A stretch of 64,000 nt of DNA from Octopus vulgaris (taxonomy: Eukaryota): contig OX597820.1 of the NCBI GenBank assembly GCA_951406725.2, positions 30,938,001 through 31,002,000 on the forward strand, given 5' to 3'. Positions 1 to 11,803 of this stretch are shown piece after piece (position 1 is the stretch's first letter; every line of letters begins with the position of its first letter). A program made the position numbers and the translations under genes. Below the pieces are notes generated by a model. The model had not been told where the DNA came from. It worked only from the letters and a program-made list of their open reading frames with translations, and ran no database searches.

Positions 1-620
1 CATCGGCACAAAGGCCAGTCGGGTGGTACTGGCATCGGCCATGCTTGAATGGTGCTTTTTATGTGCCATTGGCATGGGAGTCAGTCAGGCGGAACTGGCA
101 ACAACCATGTTCAAATGGTGCTTTTTACATGTCATCAGAACGGGACCAGTCGGCAGGCACTGGCATCAACCATGCTTGAATGGTGCTTTTTACGTGCCAC
201 TGGCATGGGAGCCAGTCAGGCAGTACTGACAATGATCATACTTGAATGGTGCTTTTTACATGCCACCGGCACAACAACTTCACTTGCCTCAACAGGTCTT
301 TGCAAATGCAGGTTTCCTGAAGTTAGTATTACAGATCATAAGATCATTTGCATCACAGAACTCCATCAGCCTGGTTTCCTCCTCATTGCGGGAGCCAAAT
401 CCGTAGCCATCATGTACACCATGGAAGCTTACTAGATGTTGTCCAACATGCCCATTGGAGTCACCAGCCACAAAGAAAAGGACCGTGTCATTTGTTGACA
501 AGCTAGTCTGCAAGCGGGTGTCATAAAAACAGATTTTCTTTTAATCAGTTAGCGTTGGTTGAGGGGCATAAGCCGAGATAATGGTTGCTAAACCATGTTG
601 CAGCACTAGTCTGAAAAATG
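1..620 (-). mobile_element. Internally deleted RTE-clade LINE: AP-endonuclease fragment fused to 3'UTR tandem repeats
   Basis: Minus-strand VAGDSNGHVG...GYGFGSRNEEETRLMEFCDANDLMICNTNFRKP is RTE endonuclease-like. Bases 1-305 match the 3'UTR of the RTE copy at 60441-61140. Confidence 0.75.
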
Positions 621-830
621 ATCATCATTTTGATGTCCATTTTTCCATGCTTGCATGAATCAGACAATTTGTTGAAGCAGATTTTTTACAGCCAGATGCT
701 CTTCCTGTCACCAACTCTTACCTGTTTCCAAAAGAGGTAACATTTCCCCAAGGCTAGACATGTTTTTATGGAAGATTGGAAACAAATGATACCACTTGTA
801 TGATGGCGACACTCAATGGTACAGAAAGAC

Positions 831-862
<32 letters not shown>

Positions 863-1214
863 GAAGGGCTTCTTTCAGTTTCTGTCTACCAGATCCACTC
901 CCAAGGCTTTGGTCAGCCTGTGTCTATAGTAGAAGACACTTGACTAAGGTGTTACACAGTGGAACTGAACCTGACACTCTGCATGCATAAGAATAGCACT
1001 CCATGTGTTTGCATTAATACTGTTATTGCAAAATTGGTGTGTTTGCATTCTCCAGTAAGCAAAAGTCCTACACTTTCAGCTTTCAACATGTGTTGGCCAG
1101 TGGAATTAAAAAAGAAAAAAAGAACACCCAATCTTTCTTGAAAAATAGATAAGTATTTGCAACTGGAAGAGAATCCAGCTATAGAAAATCTGCCTCAACA
1201 AGTTTCATCTAACT

Positions 1215-1449
1215 CAGTGGTTCTCAACCAAGCCCTTGAGGTTCCATATAAAATATTGTTGTTAAAATTGATGTGCAATAAATTGGTTCTGCTTCTACAT
1301 TACACAACATATTTTAACAATTGTTTTACACACTTCCTTATGATATTTCATATATGATACAATTTTTTAAACATTGAATGGTTTTAAGAGAGTCTGAGTA
1401 AAATAGAAGTTAAAAGGGTTCACAAGGAAGAAATGGTTGAGAAACACTG
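1215..1449. mobile_element. hAT-type MITE
   Basis: TIRs CAGTGGTTCTCAACC / GGTTGAGAAACACTG; perfect 8-bp TSD ATCTAACT at 1207-1214 and 1450-1457. Confidence 0.9.
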
Positions 1450-1459
1450 ATCTAACTAG

Positions 1460-1830
1460 TGAAGAATTCCAGGTAGGGGTATGGGTCCACCAAAGATCAG
1501 TCTTCAGCCCCCTCTTATTCATCATAGTCCTTTAAGCAATAATAGAGGAGTTCAAGACATGTTGCCCCTGGGAGCTCCTCTATGCTGATGACCTTGCTCT
1601 AATTGCTGAGCTTCAGGTGTGGAAGCAAGGTCTAGAATCAAAGGGCCTTAGAGTCAATCTAGCAAAAACCAAAGTCTTAGTATGTAGTAAGGCAGACAAA
1701 CTACAAATCTCTTCAGGTAAATGGCACTGCTCAATCTGTAGGAAAGATGTATGCAAAAACTTCATAAGATGTACTTGGTGTAAGCTATGGACACACTGAT
1801 GTAACTCATGCCAACATGGAAAAATGGGTA
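1460..1830 (+). mobile_element. Degraded RTE-clade reverse transcriptase fragment
   Basis: VHQRSVFSPLLFIIVL...PWELLYADDLALIAE...WKQGLESKGLRVNLAKTKVL. Confidence 0.8.
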
Positions 1831-2499
1831 AAACTGGACAAACTGCTTATTCCCATACACCTTAAGGTGATGTTGTGCCTGTATTTGAAATCATTTTAAC
1901 TAATGATATAATTATGATTATGCAGTTGGTGGTTGGCAGAACTGGTTGACCATTGACAAAATACTTTGTGGTATTACTTCCCTTTACATTCTGAGTTGAA
2001 ATCCTGCTTAGGTTAACTTTGTTTATCTTCCTTCTGAAAATACCAGTTAATAAAATAAGCAAGCTCTGTGAGAAAGACAAGTATCCATGGTCTTTTCAGG
2101 CCTTTCAAGTCTGGTAAATTTGATACTATTAATGTTCCTGTTGACATTGCAGCTCAACCGCTGCAAGAAAGATACATGCAAGAAGGGTCTATGTTGTGTG
2201 GAGGGGGGATTGGCTGTAGGGGTTAGTAGAAGGCCTGTTGGGCATAATATGAGTGATTAGGGAAAGAGAGATGAATGAATTGAGAGTGTCTGAGTGAAAG
2301 TTATATTGTATGAGACTAGCTCACTCAAATGTGCAGGAGCCAGTAGTAGTAGAAAAGGCCGAGAGAAGAGCTGGGATGTCTATAGGTCAGTGGGTAGAAT
2401 GTGTCCATGGAAGGCAATGCTCTAGCATGGCCACTGTTCAGTGACTGAAACCAGTAAAAGAATAGTAAAAAATAGGAGAATGTGTTGCCATACTTAGGC

Positions 2500-2775
2500 T
2501 TAGGTCTGATATCGGCTATAGGACTCACAAAGCTGGGGATTAACCCAATTTATACAGTGTATAAGTGATTACAACATTCCCCTCTGGATGGGACGCTGAT
2601 CCATCACCAGGTTAACTTCCTAACTATTGCTGGCATCCATTTACTGCTGAGTGGACAGGAGCAACAGAAAAAAAAGGGTTTTGCTCAAGAACACAATACA
2701 CCACCTGGTCCAGGAATTGAAGCTACAATCTTACGGTTGTCAGTGCAACACCCTAACCACTAGGCCATGTACCTT
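2500..2775 (-). mobile_element. tRNA-derived SINE (family D); related copies at about 7735-8000, 21505-21830, 25550-25790 and 41130-41430
   Basis: A-box TGGCCTAGTGG, B-box-like TTCAATTCC and the conserved GTGT.CTTGAGCAA.AC segment recurring in several copies. Confidence 0.6.
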
Positions 2776-3394
2776 TACTCATCATGTCTAAGCTATTGTA
2801 TGGTGGCTGGCTTGTCCAAAAAAATTGACCAACAGATGCTTCTTTTTTGAATACTAAATTATTTTGTCAGGCTGCAGAAACAGAACAGAAAAGAATGCCT
2901 TTTTAGCATGTTCCCCCCTCTTCTTTTACGTTTCCTTCACTCTTCTTGTTCACAACATAATGATTGAATTTCTCTGTCCTTCAAGAAACAATGAAAATAT
3001 ATTTAAGTTGAAATTCTAACCTGTTATTGGAATCACCATTGTAAAGACCTCACAGAAAGGCAACAGCTATTTAAAATCGCTGTTGGTATACAGTTGGCAT
3101 GTATGAGATTATTAAATATATCCTTTCTCTCCTGCCCACTCTTCCACACACACACACACACACAGAGTCTCTATTCACCATTTCAACAATTATCTCTTTC
3201 CCTCATCTTCCCTCCACTCTCTCTGTCTCTCAAACAACAGGTGATATGGTTGGGTAAGGGCTGGAATGAAGAATGTCTTTTTTTCTCTCTTTTTTCCAAA
3301 AGCAGTTGTTTTGTTGAGACAGCTGACAGCTCCCACTTGCGATATTTTCTTCATATTATTCCAGTTGCAAGAAAAGAAAAGAAGAAATAACTGG

Positions 3395-3558
3395 TTGAGA
3401 AGATTACTTCCCGACCACATGGTCTTGGGTTCAAGCCCACTGCATGGCACTTTGGGCAAATGTCTTCCACTATAGACCCAGGCTAACCAAAGCATTGCGA
3501 ATGGATTTGGTAGATGGAAACATATACACATACATATACAAACATATATATTTGTGTC

Positions 3559-3616
<58 letters not shown>

Positions 3617-3910
3617 AGTATACAGATATGTGTGTATGTATGAGTGTGTATATATATATTGTGTGTATGTGTAAGTATATATGTGTGTATATATATATAT
3701 ATATGCTTATGTGTGTGTGTGTCTTTGTGTTGTTTGTCCCACACTACTGCTTGACAAGTGGTGTTGGTTGGCTTACATCCCTAGAAATTGATAGAATAAG
3801 TACCAAACTTTAAAAAAAGGTTATGTACTTGGGTTGATTTGTTCACGTAAACCCTTCAAGGCAGTGCCACAGAATGGCCACAGTCCAATGACTGAATTAG
3901 ATAAAAGATA
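3395..3910 (+). mobile_element. tRNA-derived SINE family A with internal microsatellite
   Basis: Same head, body and ...ATGGCCACAGTCCAATGACTGAA tail as the copy at 23737-24145. Confidence 0.8.
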
Positions 3911-3959
3911 ATGAGAGGGAAGCTGAATTGGCACAAAAAAATTCAAATACTCAGTATTC

Positions 3960-4320
3960 AGCAACAAATCGACTCCAGAACTTATTCTTTGTAAGCCTAG
4001 TACTTATTCTATCAGTATTTTTTGTCAAACTGCTAAGTTACGTGGACGTAAACACACCAGCATCGGTTGTCAAGTGATGTTGGGGGGACAAACACAGACA
4101 CACAAACGTATACACACACACACACACACACATGCATATATATATATATATACATATATACGACAGGCTTCTTTCAGTTTCCGTCTACCAAATCCACTCA
4201 CAAGGCCTTGGTCAGCCCGAGGCTATAGTAGAAGACACTTGCCCAAGGTGCCACGCAGTGGGACTGAACCTGGAACCATGTGGTTCGTAAGCAAGCTACT
4301 TACCACACAGCCACTCCTAT
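3960..4320 (-). mobile_element. SINE family A, lacking the extreme 3' tail
   Basis: Reverse complement of the copy at 23737-24145. Confidence 0.85.
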
Positions 4321-4322
4321 AC

Positions 4323-4543
4323 TTTAACATTTAGATCATTCTGTCAAATGCCAAGCTTATTCATTCACATTATTTTGAATTAACCACACATTGTGTCGAA
4401 GCCTCAAGATTATGATGATGTGATTGTTTATTTTTAGAATGACATTGTAGGATTGGTGTGAGAGGCCAGATCTGGCCAATTTTAACATAAAATGAGTAGG
4501 ATATCTGGGCTGGATATGGCTGGTTTGAATGCTAAGGTGTTAA
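4323..4543. mobile_element. TTAA-type MITE family 2; other copies at about 6050-6259 and 47730-48178
   Basis: Recurring about 220-bp unit ending ...AAATGCTAAA(A/G)GGTTAA. Confidence 0.55.
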
Positions 4544-4674
4544 TCAAAGTATCAACCCTCACAAATAATAATGGTTCTATATAAAAGAAAAAAAGTGGAA
4601 AAATATCCAAATATAAAGAAATAGTGCCGGCATGAGTGCTTTTTACATGACACCAACACAAGACTAATACAGGC

Positions 4675-5525
4675 ATATCTTCTTCACCAAGGTGAGTGGG
4701 GGCGGCCTAGACACTTCTGCTGTGGAGGATGGGTCTTCTTGAGTACAGGAATTACAACCGTGTTTCGTGGTCTGCTACCACAACAGCTCCTTTATAGGAT
4801 CCAGTTAGCTCAAGACATCATCAGGAGGAACCCCTACTCCTCTACCATTTTGACGTGGGCCCCCCCCCCCTTCGGAGGTGTCTTCAGCTCTGGTGTTGGG
4901 TGCATGTCTTTCTTTTGTTCCCTGGCCTCTTCGATGGATGTATCGTCAGCGAGTGTCAGCCGGTGACTGACTGACTGACTTGTCAAATTTTCCCTTTAAA
5001 TACCTGCCACTAGGCTCCAGCAGGCAGCCCTAGCAAGTTGTCACATGACACTGTCTCACCGTAACTGACTAGTGAAGGTGCGTAGTTTTAGCCCGCGCAT
5101 TTTCTAAACAACCGTCACCTGTCAGTCACCGAAGCTGATTCAGTGTCAGCTTGTCTCACCTAATGATGTTATTTCCCGCTGGCGTGTTATGACTTTCAAC
5201 CCATTTTCGGTTTTCCTGCTTCAGCCATATATAGAAGCTGGCTTTTTCGAATGCCTCCTGTACTCTCCTTATTAGTTTTCGCAGCTCGGAGCTAGAAAAA
5301 ACAAATCTTCTTTTGAAAAGCGTTGTCATTTTCCTTTCAATGAAGCCTCTAAAACTGCCAGGTGATAATATTCGTCATTCCATCCCTGTTCTCTGCATTC
5401 TTCAATTAGCTTTTCGTACCTCTTCTCCTTCCGTTCCTCTGCATTGCCGATGTTCTCTTCCCAAGGTACTGTCAGTTCTAGTACCAGATATTTCGGTCCT
5501 TTGTCATCTCATCCGAAAGGTTCAG
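4675..5525 (-). mobile_element. 3' fragment of a HERO-like non-LTR retrotransposon (restriction-like endonuclease plus 3'UTR)
   Basis: Minus strand reads LVLELTVPWEENIGNAEERKEKRYEKLIEECREQGW, then after a frameshift RGFIERK...VQEAFEKASFYIWLKQ, with a stop at 5169-5171. ELTVPWEE and ASxxIWLK are typical of HERO-clade endonucleases. Confidence 0.8.
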
Positions 5526-5697
5526 TATCACACATACAAATACATACATGCATACACACGCAAGCTTCCACACAGTTTTTACCTACCCAATTCACTCACA
5601 AAGCATTGGTCAGCCCAGTACTATAGTGGAAGACACTTGCCCAAGATGCCATGCAGTGAGACTATACCCAAAGCCATGTAGATCCACAGTTAGCTTC

Positions 5698-5926
5698 TTA
5701 ACCCTTTTGTTACCATATTTCTGTTGAGATGCTCTGTGTTTCTTTCAATTAATTTTAGATATAACAAAGAATTTAGTAAAATAACTTAGTTATCATTAAG
5801 CTAGTGTTAGGAACATAAATTGTGACTGAGGTTTGGTGGAAGATTTTAATTCAAAACTTATGCAAACAAGGCATTTGTACTCAGTGCCAGAGTCGGTTTC
5901 AGCCGGGTTGGTAACGAAAGGGTTAA
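5698..5926. mobile_element. piggyBac-type MITE (TTAA TSD, CCC...GGG ends)
   Basis: TTAACCCTTTTGTTAC...GTAACGAAAGGGTTAA; multiple copies in the window. Confidence 0.85.
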
Positions 5927-6318
5927 TCACACGGCTTTGCCTGTGCTTTTATAATAAAATATATAAAGAAAAATCAACACATTGGCTCCTCCCAACACTA
6001 TTTTACCTCTTCCCACCACCCTCATTACCTTTATGTTTGTCTGTTGTTGGTAACCCCTGTCAAATGTAGTGTTTATATATTCACGTTATTTTGAATTACA
6101 CATGCATTGTCCCATAGCTTTGAGACTTCAGTGATGTGATTATTTAGTTTTCAAATGATATTGTAGTATAGGTGTGAGAGGCTGGATCTGGCCAGTTTGA
6201 ATATAGAACAGGAAGAATATTTGGGCCAGATATAGCCAGTTCAAATGCTAAAAGGTTAATCAATGAAATTGTTTCCTTTTGTTTCAGTGCACCAGAGTTG
6301 ACTGCCGAAACTGGGAGA

Positions 6319-6569
6319 ATGTTTAAGTATGGCCAATTTGAAAACGAAGACGTTTCAGTCAGTGCGCCAGGCGGAGATCAAGCAGCAACATTGTCCATTG
6401 ATATTCAAGACACACAGATCTCCACTTCCTCTTCCCTTCATGTCGGATTCAAAAATGGTAAAGATGAACTGAATATTAAATCAACTTCACAACCTTTGAA
6501 TGCCTCATCAACAAAGTTCATGCCTGATCCTGCTGGGTGCAAGGCAAGCACTCCAAAATCAACTTTAGA
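6319..6569 (+). CDS. TPTE2: VSP coding exon 1 (N-terminal cytoplasmic region, [11 protein letters not shown]...KSTLE)
   Basis: Acceptor tttcag ends 6287, in-frame ATG at 6319, donor GTAAGT at 6570. The phase-2 end (GA) joins 9186 to give GAA. The frame is open back to the acceptor, so an upstream coding exon is not excluded. Confidence 0.7.
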
Positions 6570-6588
6570 GTAAGTATACCAGTGCATT

Positions 6589-6639
<51 letters not shown>

Positions 6640-9600
6640 CCCTTTCTCTCTCTCAGCCTCTCTCTCTCTCCATGAAACATTCATATCATCATCCTCACTT
6701 TGATGTCCACTTTTCCATGTTTGCATGGGTTAGACAGAGTTTATTGAGGCAGATTTTCCATGGCCAGATGCCCTTCCTGTTGCCAACCCTTATCTGTTTC
6801 CAAGCAAGGTAGTGTTTCCCCGTGGCCAGACATGTTTTTGCAGAATATTGGAAATGAATGACATTGCTTGTATGACAGTGACAGCCATTTACAACTATCA
6901 CATAATGTGAAGACATTGAGACGCAGATTCACACACACACACACACGTGATGTGCTTCATTCAGTTTCCATCTACCAAATCCACTCATAAGACTGCTTCT
7001 TTTCTTTTGATAGCATCAAAATCTCACTCAAATTACATTGTATCATCTTAAATAGGGAATGGGCACATCAGATAATGTAGGCCTAGATATACTGTGACTA
7101 AATAAAGATGGGATGGTTAAAGCAGGAATATCTTTGATTATAAGTCTGCTGGATCAGAACTGACCTGGGATTAAACACCACCAGCACCACCACCATATAT
7201 ATACATATATAATGATGCCTCTGTAAGGTTACTTGATATGCTAAAAATATCTGTCAAATTTCGTTCAAATCACACCCTGCAGTCTTAGAAATAAAGAAGA
7301 CATGTCATCTATGATATAATTTTAGATGATGATGATGAAGTAGTAGTAGTAGTAGTAGTAGAAGAAGATATGTATTATATTCCTTGTTTGGATATCACGT
7401 ACTGATTGCAAAACAGAACATTACCGTCAGACAAGCAGTGCTGTTCATTTATAATTTTTCATTAAAACATGTCTGGCGATTGTGCTGTTCATGTCTGAAG
7501 GATTAGAGAAGATATTAAATATTACATTACTTAGGAACAGGTAAACACGGGACACTAACAGAGCATTCAGCTATGGAAAATCTGCTTCAGTGAATTTTGT
7601 TTGACTTTCTCTCTTCTCTTCGTGTGTCTCTTTCACATAATCACACATATGTGACAAACTTCTGTAGTTTCTGTCTACCCAGTTCTACTCACGACACACA
7701 CTTGCCGTACCCAACCATTTTGTGTCTTATAAAGGTCTATGGTGGGGTGGTTAGAGTGTTGGTCTTAAAATTGTTAGGTCGTAGGTTCAATTCTCAAGCT
7801 AGATAGTGCATTGTATCATTGTATTTCATATTACTCCAGTTCATTCGGCTAAAAACGAGTACCAGTGGTAACTAAGAGTTAACCATACAATGAACTAGCA
7901 TCCTACATAGGGGAAAGTTATGCACTCTCAATCACTTAATGCTGCAGAAACTAGGTCAAAATCAAGTCTAACGAACCTATAGGCTTGGGACAGTCTTTAA
8001 CTTACCCTTTTGTTATCATGTTTCTATTATTGAAATACACTGATTTTGTGTCAGTTAATTTTGAAAATGAAGAATTTAGTAAAATAACTTTGTTAGTGTT
8101 TGGAACATAAATCAACATGAAATTTTGATGGATCATTTTAATTTAGATGATGTTAAAACCTGAAGAATGTATCATAGAGCCAGGAGCACTCTCGGGTGGG
8201 TTGGTATCAGAAAAGTTAATTTTATTGCTTCCAGACACTTATTATTGATGCTGTCACTAAGGCGTTGAGCTGGCAGAAATGTTAGCACACCGGACGAAAT
8301 GCTTAGCAGTATTTCATCTGCCGTTACGTTCCGAGTTCAAATTCCGTCGAGGTCGACTTTGCCTTTCATCCTTTCGGGGTCGATAAATTAAGTACCAGTT
8401 ATTCACTGGGGTTGATGTAATCAACTTAATCCCTTTGCCTGTCCTTGTTTGTCCCCTCTATGTTTAGCCCCTTGTGGGCAATAAAGAAATAAGAAACGTT
8501 AGCATGCCGGGCGAAATGCTTAGCGGTATTTTGTCTGCTGTTACATTCTGAGTTCAAATTCCGTCGAGGTCGACTTTGCCTTTCATCCTTTCAGGGTCAA
8601 TAAATTAAGTACCAGTTACGCACTGGGGTTGATGTAATTGACTTAATCCGTTTGTCTGTCCTTGTTTGTCCCCTCTATGTTTAGCCCCTTGTGGGCAGTA
8701 AAGAAATAAGAATTGTTAGCACATTACTTGGTGGTATTCTGTCCATCTTTACATTTTGGGCTCAAATCCTTCCAGGGTCGACTTTGCCTTTCATCCTTTC
8801 AGGGTCGATAAAATAAGTACCAGTTGAGTACTGGGGTTGACGTAATTGACTAGCCCCTCCCCTCGAATTTCAGGCCTTGTGCCTATAGTAGAAAGGATTA
8901 TTGATGTCACTGGTATTATTTGTATTTCTAAAGGCGGCAAGCTGGCAGAAGTGTTAGCACACTGGACGAAACGTTTAGCTGCATTTCTTTTGGCTTTATG
9001 TTCCAAGTTCAAATTCCACCAAGTTGACATTGCCTTTAATTTTTTCATAGTTGAAAAAAAAAAAAAATAAACATCAGTCAAGCACTGGGATTGATGTAAT
9101 CAACTTAACTCTTTCCCCTAAAATTGCTGGCCTTGTGCCAAAATTTGAAACTATTATTTGCATTTCCGTTCTTCTGTTTTAACAGAGCCATGCAGTTGAG
9201 GGTACAGCGAGTCATCCAGCACATTGTATTTCGCATCTTCACACTGATATTGATCCTCACTGATTTTATACTTGTCATCGTTGACTTGTCCATCTACGAA
9301 TGTGATACAAATAATGGGCTAGAAATAACGTCACATATCATCATTACATATTTCATGCTTGAAGTTGGTGCACGGATATTCTATAAAGGGTTTGTATATG
9401 ATGTTTTTTTTTTTTTACCTCATCAAATTTAGATAACTGCTTTGTCTTTTACTTGTTTCAGTCTTTGGACTGTAGCCATGGTGTGGCATCACATTGAAGA
9501 ATTTTTTGTCAAATGAGTGGTTGTTTTTTTTTCCACATCCACAAAACTTTAAGTGATACAAATGAGAAGCTAAGATAGCCTTTTAATATATATATATAAG

Positions 9601-11755
9601 TATGAGAGGTATTGGTATCCAGAAGACCCAAAGGTGGCAGGTAACACTATGTAAGTGCTATGAAAGGATCATAGTTAGGCTCTTGGTTTGATAATGATAC
9701 GGGGGAGGAGTCTAATGTGGGTCTTGTATGAGCGTGTATATCTCTTTTACTTGTTTCAGTCATATGACTGCGGCCATGCTTGAGCACCACCTTTAGTCGA
9801 GCAAATCAACCCCAGGACTTATTCTTTGTAAGCCTAGTACTTATTCTATCAGCTTCTTTTGCTGAACTGCTAAGTTATGGGGATGTTAACACACCAGCAT
9901 CGGTTGTCAAGCAATGTCGGGGGGGACAAACACAAACATATACACACATACATATATATGTATATATATATATATATATATATTTTGATGGGCTTCTTTC
10001 AGTTTCCGTCTACCAAATCCACTCACAAGGCTTTGGTTGGCCTGAGGCTATAGTAGAAGAAACTTGCCCAAGGTGCCACACAATGGGAATGAACCCGGAA
10101 CCATGTGGTTGGTAAGCAAGCTACTTACCACATAGCCATTCCTAAATAAAATGAGACAATAAGGGCTGTGTGGAATTTTCAGGATATTTATAAAGAGAAA
10201 GATAATCTTACAGTTGTTTCTGGGATATTAGGGATGTCCCTTCATCAGAAAAAATGTGGGATGGTTAAACTCTAATATTTTCCTCTATTTAAGCTTCTCA
10301 CATCGTCTCTGATGAAGGGATATCCCTAATATCCCAGAAACAGCTGTGAGACTATCTTTCTCTTTACAAATGTCTTGAAAATTCCACACAGCCTTAGCTT
10401 TGTTGTCTCATTTTATTTAACATACACACACACACATAGATCCAAACAGTTTGATTCAAACTTCTTTGTACTATTATATCATATAAGATAGAAATGTTTC
10501 TGTCTCTGTTGCCATTGAAATAGTTGTTTCTTGTAAAGTTCCACCCTTGTGGCAAATAATAAAAGACAGCACATCATCATCATCATAATGATTAAAGTTC
10601 TTGTTTTTCTCTCTTTCTTTCTATTTTTGCACTTTTTCCATGAAGGCGAAGATTTTTCTATAACTGGATAGATATCGTGGACATGGTGGTGGTTGTTGCA
10701 TCCTTCTTCACCGATATGATATTTGCCAGTATTTATGGAATAAACACCTGTGGAAAAATTATGAAGAAAGACCACCACAGTTACATCAAGTATGTAATGC
10801 ACACACACACACACACACACACACATACCCCACTCGCACACACTGTCAGTAGTTCATATATCCGAAAAAGAAACACACTCTGAAACATTAGAGCAGTAGT
10901 ATATTCAGAAGGTTGTTTGTTATGGTCAGTCATATAGTGACCGTTGGTTTTACACCTACAAAGTGCTTAGGTCTATAGGCAACTCATCAGACTCAAAACA
11001 AGTCACCCATACAGATTAAATGCTTTATAGATGCGAAACCAATGGTCACTCTCTGACCAGCCATGACAAACCACCTTCTAAATATATACATACATACATA
11101 TACATATATATATATAATTCTTTTTATTCTTTTACTTATTTCAGTCATTTTGACTGTAGCCATGCTGGAGCACTGCCTTTAGTCAAACAAATTGACACCA
11201 GGACTTATTCTTTGTATGCCTAGTACTTATTCTATCAGCCTCTTTTGCCGAACCACTAAGTTACAGTGGATGTAAACACACTAACATTGGTTGTCAAGCG
11301 ATGGTGGGGGTACAAACACAGACGCACAAACATATACATATATATATGATGGGCTTCTTTCAGTTTTCATCTACCAAATCCACTCACAAGGTTTTGGTTG
11401 GCCCGAGGCTATAGTAGAAGACACTTGCCCAAGGTGCCATGCAGTGGGACTGAACCCGGAACCATGTGGTTGGGGAGCAAGCTTCTTACCATACAGCCAC
11501 TCCTGCACTTTATATATATATATATATAAATAGTTAAGTCTATGTCCCATCATAGAGTGACCAATGGTTTTGCATCCACAAAGGCCTTAACCTTGTCAGA
11601 CTCTTAAAGCTGAAGACAAGTCTTCAAGTTTAGAGTCTGATGAGACTCTGTAGATGTGAAACCATTGGTTACTACCAGACATAGACTTAACTCCTTGTGA
11701 ATACATTACTGCCCTATGTTTTAGAGTGCGTTTCTTTTTCGGATATATGATACAT

Positions 11756-11803
<48 letters not shown>

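Noticed and set aside
2780-3390. Repeat-poor stretch with a possible micro-exon (acag|GTGATATGGTTGG|gtaagg at 3241-3253) or VSP promoter
   Set aside because: Splice-like motifs alone are not enough, and there is no coding homology or transcript evidence.
4748-4828. CTGATGA...GAAAC...GTA hammerhead-like motif on the minus strand of the HERO-like 3'UTR
   Set aside because: There is no stem I pairing and there are extra bases before GAAA, so it cannot be supported as a ribozyme.
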